NCBI GenBank assembly: GCA_001599295.1
Contig: BCGN01000003.1
Location: 186,001 to 250,000, forward strand
Length of the DNA: 64,000 nucleotides
DNA from: Sporopachydermia quercuum
Lineage: Eukaryota
Reading direction: 5' to 3'
Shown: positions 1-10,803 of the stretch, in pieces
How the letters are laid out: each line of letters begins with the position of its first letter
Numbering within the stretch: position 1 is the first letter of the stretch
Program-made: the position numbers and the translations under genes
The notes under the pieces: generated by a model
The model's input: the letters and a program-made list of their open reading frames with translations, nothing else
The model's database searches: none
Told to the model about the DNA's origin: nothing

Positions 1-300
1 GCTGCCTTATCAATTGCTATCACAGTATTTGTTACCGAGTATTTTAGCATTGTAAAGGCAAAATCGTTCGAACTGTTGGGCTTTTTTATTGTCAATGCTA
101 TCATATTGGACATATTCAAGACAACAATACTATTACACAACAACAAACTAGTACAGTTTACCCATTATTTCCTGCAATTTTATTACTATCTTTTTACCTA
201 TCAAGCATCACGCATATCTACTATCTATCCATCAACCATATTAATGTATTAACTTGACTACCCAAGAATAGAACATTTCCAACACATTTCAACAATCAAA

Positions 301-3006
301 ATGGGACTCGGAACGGCATTGAAGAAAGGCTCACGGTTTCATTCGGGATCCAAATCCAACCAGCAATCTCAANCTGGAGCTGGTCCAAATGACCCAGAAA
401 CCGATGCCGGGAGAATAGGTACTGCAGGATCAGAGAATTCTCCCCCCAGTAGATTCAGAGCTATTACTTCTTTGTACGGTGACAGAGACAGTAATAATAG
501 TACAAATAGCAATAACAGCAGTAAGAATAATAACAATAACAACAGTAATCATAAAGAACCCAACAATGATAATAACAATGAGAACAGCCACAGCAATAAT
601 AATATCAACAATAATAATTCAAACCCAAATAGTTTTTCATCTAAACTTTCTGCACGATCGAAGCAAGCCAAGTCCATTCTGCAGGTTCATCGTTCAAGCA
701 TTAATAATTACGGGCCAAGCAGTATAAGTGAAAACAGGGCAGGGCAGGGGTCAGGGTCAGGGTCGAATTCGGGTTCGAATTCAGGTTCGGCTTCGGGTTC
801 AGGATCTGGGTCGTTTGCGCCCNGCGCAGGTCCTGATTCTTTTACAAAATATAAACAGAGTCGGGATAAATCGTATGATAGTAAAGAGAGACATTCAATC
901 AGCACATCAAGCAGTACANTAGATGACAAGCAAATTAAACAGGTGATTGGATCCGGCGGAAAGGCACGTTTTTCTCAGCAGAAATCTCCTTCGACCGCTC
1001 CGAAGGTGTCCCAAGGATCCTCGTATATTCCGTTTATTCCTCGGGATGGAAGTCCCTTGGGGAAAGGCTCCAGTACAGGTTTTACGCCAGGTGATAATTC
1101 TGGTACCAGCACTCGATTAGAGTCTCCGTCAACTCCAACTCCTGTTGCTTCTGCAGCNTCTACAGGCACCAAAAGTCCTATTTATTCCCCCTCCGACTCT
1201 CCATGTGGCTCTCCCACTGTTTCTTCCTGCCCCACTTCCTCTCCAAGCTTCCCCTCTCCGCTGAAGCCGCTGTTCCCGCTGAAAATTACTCCACCCTCGG
1301 ATCTACCCATATATTCTCCTCATTCGGAAGCAATAGCTCTCATATTATCGTTTATAGTTCCCCAGTATCTTCTTTTCCGCATGGATAAGCTGAATAGCGG
1401 AAAACCTTTCGTTGTGGGGATTTCCGGAATTCAAGGAATAGGGAAAACAGCAATAGCGGATATAATAGCTAATATACTAAATGGCACGCAGGAGTCGGAC
1501 TCTAATTTACTTAGGGATTCCAGCACCGGGAAGAGAAATACTTACAAGACAATTAGAATATCAATAGACGATTTGACGATGCCGGAGACTGAATTCCAAA
1601 AATTATTGAAAGGGCATTCTCGGAATACTTTTCTGCATTATCCGGGACTTATCGGAACGCACAATGTGAAGCTGGGGATGGACATTATGGAGAGATTGCG
1701 GAGCAACTCGACCAGCTCTACTAGCTCAACAAGCTCGGGCATATCTAGTGCTTCGGATAGAAGCGGAAGCGAATCAGCCCCAATGGAAGGAATCGGTGCC
1801 CCGGATTTACCCGAATCGGTACTAGTAGACCCTTCCGGACCTTCCGGCTCGTCCGGATCCACCCGAAGGAAGTCGGTAGTCAAAATCCCGAAATTCGATA
1901 AAACAACCGGTAAACAACTGCCATTTGAGCAATGGGAAGAAATAGTACTCCAAAGAGGCTCGAGAATTGGAACCGGACTAAACAGTATTCCTGAACACGG
2001 TGTTGAACACGGGATAAGTTCGGAACATGTCCACCCGAGTATTCCCATTCCGTCTACTGACGACAACCCGGTTGAAATAATCCTTCTGGAAGGCTGGTTT
2101 CTTGGGTTCCGGTCACTCGGAGGTGAAAAAATCGAAAGCATTTGTAACGAAGCTCGGTGCCTTCCGAAGTTCCGGTTTGCTCCTGGAATGATGACGGAAA
2201 AACACGCTTTCCATCGGAGAAAAAGTGGAAATCATGATCATACCAGTGGCAGTAGTGCTAGTAGTCATACCGGAAGTAATAGTTTTTCGGGTCCCTCTAA
2301 TTCTTCCGAGTCTTCCGGGTCTTCAGATCGCAAATACTCCAGCCTGTTATCAGATTGGACAGACTACCTGACTGGCGGCGACAAACCCAGCAAATCTAGT
2401 AAATCCGGAACCTCATCTAATGACCTGAGAGGTGGCCGAACCAGTACTCCTANTTTGCCTAATTTTCAAACGCCAAACCTTAGCAACAACCCGATTCCCC
2501 GCCCGAAATCTCCCCGAGATTACCCGAACCGGAAACTATACGAAAAGCAAACTCTATTATCAACGCTAGAGCCGCTAAATATATCCGATCCGGGTAATGT
2601 GGTGTCCATTGTGCCGTCCGCGGTTATTAAATATCCGGTTGACTTCCTGAAAGAGGTAGATGAACTCCTAAATAGGTATATGGAATTGTGGAAGTATATT
2701 CATGTATTTATCCATTTGGATGCGTTGGATTTGAGTTATGCGTATTACTGGAATAGGAATAAAAAGGTTCTTTATTGGGGTACGAAGTTGGAGGAGCATT
2801 CCGAGAAAGAAAGCGGGGAAAGTGAGGGAAAAGGGGAAACCGGAGATAATGTGGACTCTAGCCGGAAGCTTACTACGTTAATTATGCCATTCTATGAGCT
2901 TTATATCCCCACTTTGCGGAGCAAGCGGATGATGGCTGAAAGAGGGGTAACTTTAAGGTTGTTGATTGATAAGCAGCATCATGTATACGAAGCATTTATT
3001 CGGTGA
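301..3006 (+). CDS. Divergent TDA10/YGR205W-like P-loop kinase (glycerate/uridine kinase-like) with long Ser/Asn/Gly low-complexity N-terminus and insertions
   Basis: 901-aa ORF. PFVVGISGIQGIGKT P-loop, ISIDD, GTHN, IPKFDK, ILLEGWFLGF and IMPFYELY occur in the same order as TDA10-family motifs, several degenerate. Confidence 0.7.
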   Translation: MGLGTALKKGSRFHSGSKSNQQSQXGAGPNDPETDAGRIGTAGSENSPPSRFRAITSLYGDRDSNNSTNSNNSSKNNNNNNSNHKEPNNDNNNENSHSNNNINNNNSNPNSFSSKLSARSKQAKSILQVHRSSINNYGPSSISENRAGQGSGSGSNSGSNSGSASGSGSGSFAPXAGPDSFTKYKQSRDKSYDSKERHSISTSSSTXDDKQIKQVIGSGGKARFSQQKSPSTAPKVSQGSSYIPFIPRDGSPLGKGSSTGFTPGDNSGTSTRLESPSTPTPVASAXSTGTKSPIYSPSDSPCGSPTVSSCPTSSPSFPSPLKPLFPLKITPPSDLPIYSPHSEAIALILSFIVPQYLLFRMDKLNSGKPFVVGISGIQGIGKTAIADIIANILNGTQESDSNLLRDSSTGKRNTYKTIRISIDDLTMPETEFQKLLKGHSRNTFLHYPGLIGTHNVKLGMDIMERLRSNSTSSTSSTSSGISSASDRSGSESAPMEGIGAPDLPESVLVDPSGPSGSSGSTRRKSVVKIPKFDKTTGKQLPFEQWEEIVLQRGSRIGTGLNSIPEHGVEHGISSEHVHPSIPIPSTDDNPVEIILLEGWFLGFRSLGGEKIESICNEARCLPKFRFAPGMMTEKHAFHRRKSGNHDHTSGSSASSHTGSNSFSGPSNSSESSGSSDRKYSSLLSDWTDYLTGGDKPSKSSKSGTSSNDLRGGRTSTPXLPNFQTPNLSNNPIPRPKSPRDYPNRKLYEKQTLLSTLEPLNISDPGNVVSIVPSAVIKYPVDFLKEVDELLNRYMELWKYIHVFIHLDALDLSYAYYWNRNKKVLYWGTKLEEHSEKESGESEGKGETGDNVDSSRKLTTLIMPFYELYIPTLRSKRMMAERGVTLRLLIDKQHHVYEAFIR

Positions 3007-3887
3007 TTGGGGCAGGCGGAGGTCATTACTACTTGATTTGGTTATGTCGGATGGNCTCAATTTAAATATCTCGGGAACATAGATTTTATCTCCGCCACCC
3101 TGAACTATCCGATATTGTTTCCGATATCACTTCCCAATTCATGCCGATTCCGCTTGCAGATGTTAATCAATCCTTCTCGAGTCTTTTGGTTCTTCCCGGA
3201 GTGAGCACTTTATGCCTATCTCCGAGCGGTCTTTATCCGAGAACTAAGACTCAACTAATCTTGGAATCACAAATACACTTCCGAAGTTCTTCCGCCTCTC
3301 GAATACCGGGATCTGAAATAAATACAGATTTGTAACGGTTACACTTTTTAATGAATAAATGATGATATAATCTATAATCCATCCATCAAAACTAATTATT
3401 GTAGGAAGCTCGAAAGACCCAATTGCAATAATCAATCAATGTAATGTTTGTTATACACGCTATTTGAGATCTTATTTTTTATTATGACGGTTCAACTAGT
3501 AATCAATGCAACGCCAGTTGTAGTTTTTACGGTACTCAACAATTAATGAAAGAACGTATATAGACATTAGGTTTACTNTGCACAATTGTGAACCTTATCT
3601 TAATTATTTGAATCTAGAAATGTTTATTTGACTCAATGGCCATGCAATTACTACTNCTTCAACGATACAAGCAGCATTTATCTGAACTGATTTTCTTGCA
3701 TAAATTGATCACATTTTACACATTAATCTTTAAGAAATACTTGCTGCCAATAAACTCTTGAAAACGAGGAAATGAAGCCCCATTCAAGTGTGCATTTATA
3801 TTTATGTACCAGTTATACATAAAAGTTGGAATGGTAAAGCTATATGCGTCAACTCTTACATGGTTAGCTCGAACTTTAATTCTTAAA

Positions 3888-3917
3888 TCAATATTTGTCA
3901 ATATTTGTCAATATTTG
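3888..3917. repeat. 10-bp tandem repeat (TCAATATTTG)x3
   Basis: Read directly in the convergent intergenic region. Confidence 0.9.
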
Positions 3918-4541
3918 TCTCTGAAAAGACATTTTCTACAGTAAGTAATGCCATTACGTTAATCGTGTAGCGGCTGAAACGCATTTACGTTGATTGCTTT
4001 TACAATTAATTCTACAATTATGCCACAGGTTCATATTTTTTGTACCAGCAACAATTCAGTTGATGTAATTATACCACGTAACCCGCAAAAACAGCAATTN
4101 TNGTAAAAGCGGTCATCAATTACTAAAACACAGCATGCGGGATAATGAAAATTACAGAAATTCATGTCATTTCTGTAGCATAAGGCGGGATTCAATGTAT
4201 CTCGTAGATTGTCAGAGGAAATGACATGGAAACCTGATCAGCTTGGGTGAACTTTCTTGAGAGGATTCCCGATTTCTTCCGAGCTTTTCGGTACCTGCCG
4301 GAGATCGGAACTAATACTGAAAATAGAAATGATATTTCCCAATATGGTATTGAATACAGCCTTGGGTGTCAAAGTCCTCGCTTAGTTTTTGCCTTAATAA
4401 GCAGATTAATTTATGTGTACGGATTTTCTATCGCCCTCTTTTTCCCGTTTTCGGTCAGTGGATTACCTTTTCTGCCCATGCCTAACCGTGAGACCAGGAT
4501 TTCCAAAAGAGTAAGTTCATCCCCATTTATAGCCGTTGTGT

Positions 4542-7500
4542 TTACTCAGTTAGGAAACAATCGTCACTAGAAAGGATTTTGCGGCGTTTCTTATTGCTAG
4601 TTATAGTGCTATCAGTAACATTACCCTTTTCAGCGGTATTCATATCCAAAGCGGTAACATTGAAACTTGAATTGGGTGATGGCAGTTTATGCAAAATGTG
4701 ACGTGGTTTCCTATTTGCGGGTTCCATTTTCCGTCCCGGCTCCAGTCCCGGCTCCCCTGGTTTAAGCATTGAACTACCCAATCGGGCAGCTTGTGGCGCA
4801 ATACTGTTTACACTGCCACAGTTATTAATACGGCCCTCGCTAAAATCAGTAGTCCTTGTGGCTGAAATTCTACTACTTGCAGTAATTCGGCCATTATTTT
4901 CAACCGTATCATCCCTGGCCTTTTCGGTGTTATAATTANCATCAGTAACTGTATTAGTAGGCCGGTCGTTGGTATTCCCATCATTGGTACGCCACTTATC
5001 ATTAACATTGATGCTGGTGTCAGAGTTAGCAGCATAGTTAGCGATCTTATCAATAAGAGTGTCACCAGCAGCAGCATTAGCAGAGTGGCCAGTTTTACTG
5101 TTAGTAGTTCTAACAGTATTAATAGCTATAACAGTGCTATCAGTATTGACAATAGCACTATTCTTACTACTGTTACTATTGAAACTCACAGAATTATTAG
5201 CATTGTTGATGTCAACAGCCCTAACAGTGCTGTTTATAGTATCTATATTAGAATCAACAGCAGCAGCACCGTCATTTCTGGATATCTTCTCATTCTTATT
5301 ATCAACACTTCTGCCGTTCTTTGTGATCTCTGCATGATTTCCATAATAGCTACCAAACACATTCATATTAGAANCATTGAAACTTCTGTTTGCTGAAATT
5401 CTAGTACTTCCAGCTTTTCTAGCATTTCTAGCGCTTCCGTTCTCCTGTTGGTTGTTTTGCCCTTCGATATTTCTGGAATTATGATTATTGTTATGAACTG
5501 ATTCATTANATATGAACAATGTACTGAATGTCTGAGTATCTTCTGTTTTGATTTCAGGCAAATTGTCAGCAACTTTTTTATTCTTGGGGTTCTTACTGCT
5601 ATAACTATCAACCGTGCTGTTCTTCGGCTTATCATTAGAACTACCCACAAATTCTTCGACACGTTGAGATTTCTCACTGTTCTCACGGCATTCCTTCTCC
5701 TCCTTCCCATTTCTATTTCCATTTCCATTTCCTTTTCCTTTTCCCGTTCTCATTCGCAATTGGCTTCTTGTTATTCTTCTGTTCTCCGGAAAGTTTTGCA
5801 GGGTTTCATTTTCATTGGTTGAAATAAGTTTCCTGTTGTTTTTTGTTTTTGTTTTACTTTTCGTTGTAGTACCAAAAGGTTGGTTCAAATTCTTAGGAGC
5901 TTTTGCATTGTTATTGAAAATCGAAGCTGATGTTGCAGTTGATATCAAATTGGTAAAACTTCCAGAATTGACGATACTTTCATTAGTGTCAATAGAAGAG
6001 TCAAAAGTATCACCAGAATTATTAGGCACAGCATAATCATCAAAGGTAGTATCATAATTATTATCGTAGGTATCGTTATAATCATCAGTTATACTGTCAG
6101 TACTGCTGGCATCTGAACTATAACTATCCACACCATCCTTACCATCAATAGAAGAGGCGGTAGAGCTTCTACAGTTAAACATATCACCAGTATTATTTCT
6201 CCTGTTCCGTTTCTTATTGCTTCTACTGCTTTTATTCCCTCTATTCCTTCTATTCCTTCCATTCTCAACTCCATTAAAATGACCATCCATCATCAAATTC
6301 TGAATATTTGACTCAGTACGAAACAGGGAATTTACCATTATATTCTGATTTGATTCCAAGCTAACTAATCGTTCGTACACGTCTTCAGACGTTTTCATCA
6401 ATGCACTGAGGCTTTTCTCATAAGAAACAAGCTTGGTGTCCGTTAGTTTTACCATGTTGAGAGTTTCATTGTTGAGTTTTCTTGTTGCTGATGTGAATGT
6501 TTCTACTATTAGAAGAATTGTTAGTAGTTAGAATTTGAGTCGTTGATGAATGATCCAATCAATGAATGGATGAACGAAAAATAGGAACCAGCAAATATTC
6601 GATATGTCGGTAGCAAATCTTTGCATTATAACCAGGATGGTAGCAACGGGAGCCAGTAGTGATATGAATAGGCAAGTAGGGTAGCACTATAGCAACATAA
6701 CAGGGTGAACAGATGTTTCAAGATATTCTTTGATAGAACTGGCATTTACTCATTCAGTCGCTAGACGTCAGTGATAGACAGAAACAGCCATTTGTTGAGA
6801 ATTAAATCTTAACATCTAGTGAATAAAGGATAGGAAGTTCATGAAACAAATGTTGTGATTGTTGTTACTTCTTTTATTTGTTTATACCTATAGACGAGCA
6901 GAGCCGTTCAGTCAAACGGCGGTATTCAGTAATTGATATCGAATCAACTGTGGTAGTGGTAGTCACCATAAGTAATCCTAGAATCTCCAGCCAAATGAAA
7001 TCTTTTCACAATCGGTTCCATTCACAGTTTAAGTGCTATTTGATGAAGTACAACGAAGTTCTCCAGCTATAANCTAGGTCACTTGATCATAATAGCATAC
7101 AGTGACATGCTTTCCATGAGTCGTGAAATGTTGTAGCGCATCATGCAATTATTATCGTAACTACCAGTAATCAGTCCAACAATTACTAACAAGCACAATA
7201 AAATAATGGTAATTGCTATCACAAACAAATAATAATCATAATCATTATCATCAAATTGCGGTTCATTTTATCCAATTCACACAATTCATTAAGTTCTGTT
7301 TATTAACAATCAAATGGTATTCATACATTTAGCATTCACCTCATTGCTTAATTCATCAAAACGGTTGTTGAACTCATTCAGCCGCTTATTCAATCGTTCA
7401 TCAAACTCGTTCAGCCCATTCACTCGTTTCTCTATCACTTTTGTCCAGTTGTTCATTTCTTCCTTCATTTCTATCGTCAAGAGCTCAAGCCTTCTCACCC

Positions 7501-7693
7501 AAGATACCATACTGTCACAGTCATTGTCATGATACTTCATAGGATGAATAGTACTAGTGGCGGTATTAGCAGTGTTAGTACTAGTATTAGGAGAGGTAGT
7601 TGTTGATGATGGCTTATTAAGAGATAGTTGGGATAGAATATTTGATTGGGATTGGGTCAGTTGAGAGAGCTGAGAAAACAGTTGAGAGTTCAT
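4542..7693 (-). CDS. REC107: Meiotic recombination protein Mer2/Rec107 orthologue; exons 7693-7327 and 6505-4542 (776 aa); 821-nt phase-1 intron 7326-6506
   Basis: Exon 1 [15 protein letters not shown] resembles S. cerevisiae Mer2 [15 protein letters not shown]. Exon 2 has [13 protein letters not shown] and RRITRS. Donor GTATGA, branch TACTAAC (6526-6520) and acceptor TAG give an in-frame join. Position next to LSM8 and MDE1 matches S. cerevisiae YJR021C-022W-024C. Confidence 0.8.
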
Positions 7694-9068
7694 CTTGATG
7701 TAGATGTATATATGCTTTGCAGATGTGCTAAGTTTGTTTCTCGGTTTATTGAACCTGTTGGATTGTTAATATTCCTTCAGTCGAGTGACGGTGAGTCTTA
7801 AGAAGATTAGCTGTTCTATTAGATGTACTAGATACAGGAATGATTCAAGGTTTGTGAACATCTGCCAATTCTTTTATGGGGAAACTGTTTGATGTAATGT
7901 CAAGCAATAATTATTAGAAAATAACCATGTTCTATGCATGGATGAACACAGCACAGGATATTCTCGTAGCATCGTAAGTCCATAACAGCCTATGCATAGT
8001 GAACTCGGTGTAACACTATGCCTAACGCAAGTGTTTTGTCCAGTGTTTAGCTTATCTTTCTAAACACTTCATGATGTATATCGCAACGTATAACATCAAA
8101 CAGTCACCATCGAGTGCGAATCTCCTTGGATCAAATGGAACTGTGGATGACAAATCAAGAACACACAGCAAACAGAGAACCAAACAGAAAACAATAGAAA
8201 CGAGGTAGTCATACAGATCTTCACACTTTCTCACAGAAAGGCATCAACACAGCACCTTGTTTCCTACACAGTCGTCAGTGTAACAGCAACAACGGCGGTA
8301 ATATTAGAACTCAATTGGGGTCAGTTTAGATTGCTCTTGAAAGTCACATCAAGTAAACAACTAGACTAGGGAAAATCAAAAATGCCTTTAATATAAGTCA
8401 ATCTTTCCAACTGCTTGTGCTGGTAGTATATTTGTTATAGAATAACTGTCTATTGTCTAGATCGTCGCTTGATGGTCTTTCTGTAAGTTGTCTATCAGTT
8501 AGCTAACAGCGACAAGCACTACTTATNGTATCCTTCTATGCGAAAGAGTATAAAACATTGTTGTTCGAAAATCCCAGTAATTTCTTGTCTATCCTTACCG
8601 TTTTATGATGATTTTGTATACATTTCTTTTATTTGTTTGATAAACAATTAAGTAAACAACAAGGAAGAAGGAAGAAAATGTGGGGGAACAGGAAATTGTA
8701 TGGGAAATTAGAGTCTTGTGAATGACCCTCTGTTTTTCGATGGAATTGAGTTTGTGATTGTATTTATTGATTGTGATGTGATGACTGATACAATACCACA
8801 GAGAGTGAATTGAAATTATTTGCATAGGAACAGAACGTATCACAAAAAGGTGATACATATCTTGATTACAAAAACATAATAGTTTCAGTTACAATCACAT
8901 ACTTTCACCCACAAAAAGAAGCAGTACGTGCAATCACCGTTGTGAATATTGTATTGTGACTCTAGATACTACAGGCGCTTGCACCAAGCGATTCAAGTGT
9001 CTCATCATCATTAGCATTTAAGAAATTGCATAAGGACACGATATAATAAAACAGAACAATCAGATACA

Positions 9069-9634
9069 ATGTCCAGTTTAAATGCTTTCATTAATAGTAA
9101 GTAGAAGAAATATTGAAATTGAGCTTGAAAATTGTCGAGGCATACTAACGAATCAATAGAAAAGGTCACGGTCATAACTACTGAGGGAAGATTATTTGTG
9201 GTAAGTATTGGAAAGGATTAACTGATATATTCTCAAATCACTAGATCTGAGAAGAATGTGTGGAGACAATGAAGCTTGACTCCAATGTACTTCGCTTAGG
9301 ATCTTCTGACGCAAAGATGATCGAGAAAGGACATCCTGCCACACTCGCACTTCATCAGAAATTGACATTTCCTATAGCATACATGATACTAACAAGAATC
9401 GGACAGGGGAAACTAGAAGGGTATGACCAAGCTGTCAATCTAATACTATCGCAGACAGAGGAACGAATAATAACACCAGATTCTCCTGGTGAAATAATCA
9501 AACTAGGTGTATATCTTTTACGAGGGGATCTAGTAGTTCTATGTGGTCTCATTGATGAGGAACTAGATAATGAGATCAACTGGGAGAAAGTAAGAGGCCA
9601 AAAGCTGAAACCTTCAAGGAATCTGAACAAATGA
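9069..9634 (+). CDS. LSM8: U6 snRNA-associated Sm-like protein Lsm8; exons 9069-9096, 9160-9200, 9407-9634
   Basis: Spliced product MSSLNAFINKKVTVITTEGRLFVGKLEGYDQAVNLIL...LGVYLLRGDLVVLCGLIDEELD has Sm1/Sm2 motifs. Both introns are GTAAGT...TACTAAC...YAG. Confidence 0.93.
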
Positions 9635-9797
9635 AAAACTAATAATAATGATAAGAAAANCTGATAATAAAAAAATGGAACAACGACTAAAAAGCAGGTT
9701 CTACGACAAATCCACGAATTATAGATAGTAACACAAATCAACTTTCACACAACCACAATAACAGCAGTGATATACCATTAATCAATCAAATAATCAT

Positions 9798-10803
9798 TCA
9801 GTTGATAACTTGATTCACATACATTTTCTCCGCACCAATTGCACAGTCAGGAGGAATACCAAACTGCTTCATTTTGATCGCAAGCTCAAGCAAATAGTCA
9901 ATAGCTTCATTATAAATCTTAGCCTTCCACACAGTCTCTCCCCACACATANATACCATGACGACGCACGAGTACTGCTGTTGCTTGAGGATAATTCTTGA
10001 TGGCTTCTTGTAAACTATCGGTCAGATCTTCTTCATGTGCAGTGTTTTCAATAATAGGGATTTCTAGGGTATCAAAAAATCCAAGACTACCTGGTTCTGT
10101 TACTTTTGGAATAGCTTTAATTTGTTCAATATTAGCAATTCGAAACACTCTGTCGTACAGCAATGACACCATTACCGCGTTTTGTGAATGAGTATGAATG
10201 CAAGCTCCAGCATTACGCATTTTATATGCTGACATGAAAAGAGGTGTGCAGGCTGATGGTTTATACACTTTAGGTTTTCTCAGAATCTTCTCTGATTCAT
10301 AATCGAGAACAAACATATTTTCAGGAATCATTCGCTGGTCTGTTAGTGAATTTAGATGGATATTGGTGCTGGATTTCAATCTATGAGCATTGCGAACTTT
10401 AGAACCTTTCATATCTGTTCTCCATACTACTCCTGATCATTTCCAGCCTAGAATCTAGATTTACATACCTCTTTCTGAACTCCCGATGGAGCAATGAAAA
10501 TTTTGTCTCTAATAAATAATTTTTAGTACGCAAGTCTTCAGAATTCATAACTGGTCTGGCCCATTTAAGTCAACAAACTTCAGACATGAGTACGTACTCA
10601 CTGTCAATTGATACTTACTCTTCCCTAATACTGATTCCCCCACCAGTACCGGTGACCCAGCCATTGTTATAGAAGATCTTACACAATTCACAAATAAGAT
10701 TAGCAGGATGATTAGGGTCCTCTGATGTAATCAGAATATCTTCTTCCCTTTCTAAGTCGAAAGCCTCTGTAGGCTTTCCGTTATGATTGCATTTACAAGC
10801 CAT
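9798..10803 (-). CDS. MDE1: Methylthioribulose-1-phosphate dehydratase (methionine salvage); exons 10803-10619, 10508-10469, 10334-9798
   Basis: Spliced frame gives [33 protein letters not shown]...SACTPLF...ACIHTHS...VLVRRHG, the class II aldolase/APIP motifs. Confidence 0.95.

Noticed and set aside
6744..6772. Possible 11-nt poison exon in the MER2 intron (CTGAC..TAG|CGACTGAATGA|GTAAAT)
   Set aside because: Weak donor and very short spacing; expected by chance in 820 nt.
9250..9320. U6-like words GAGAAGA and CGCAAAGATGA in LSM8 intron 2
   Set aside because: The matches are short and the spacing is unlike U6; probably coincidental.
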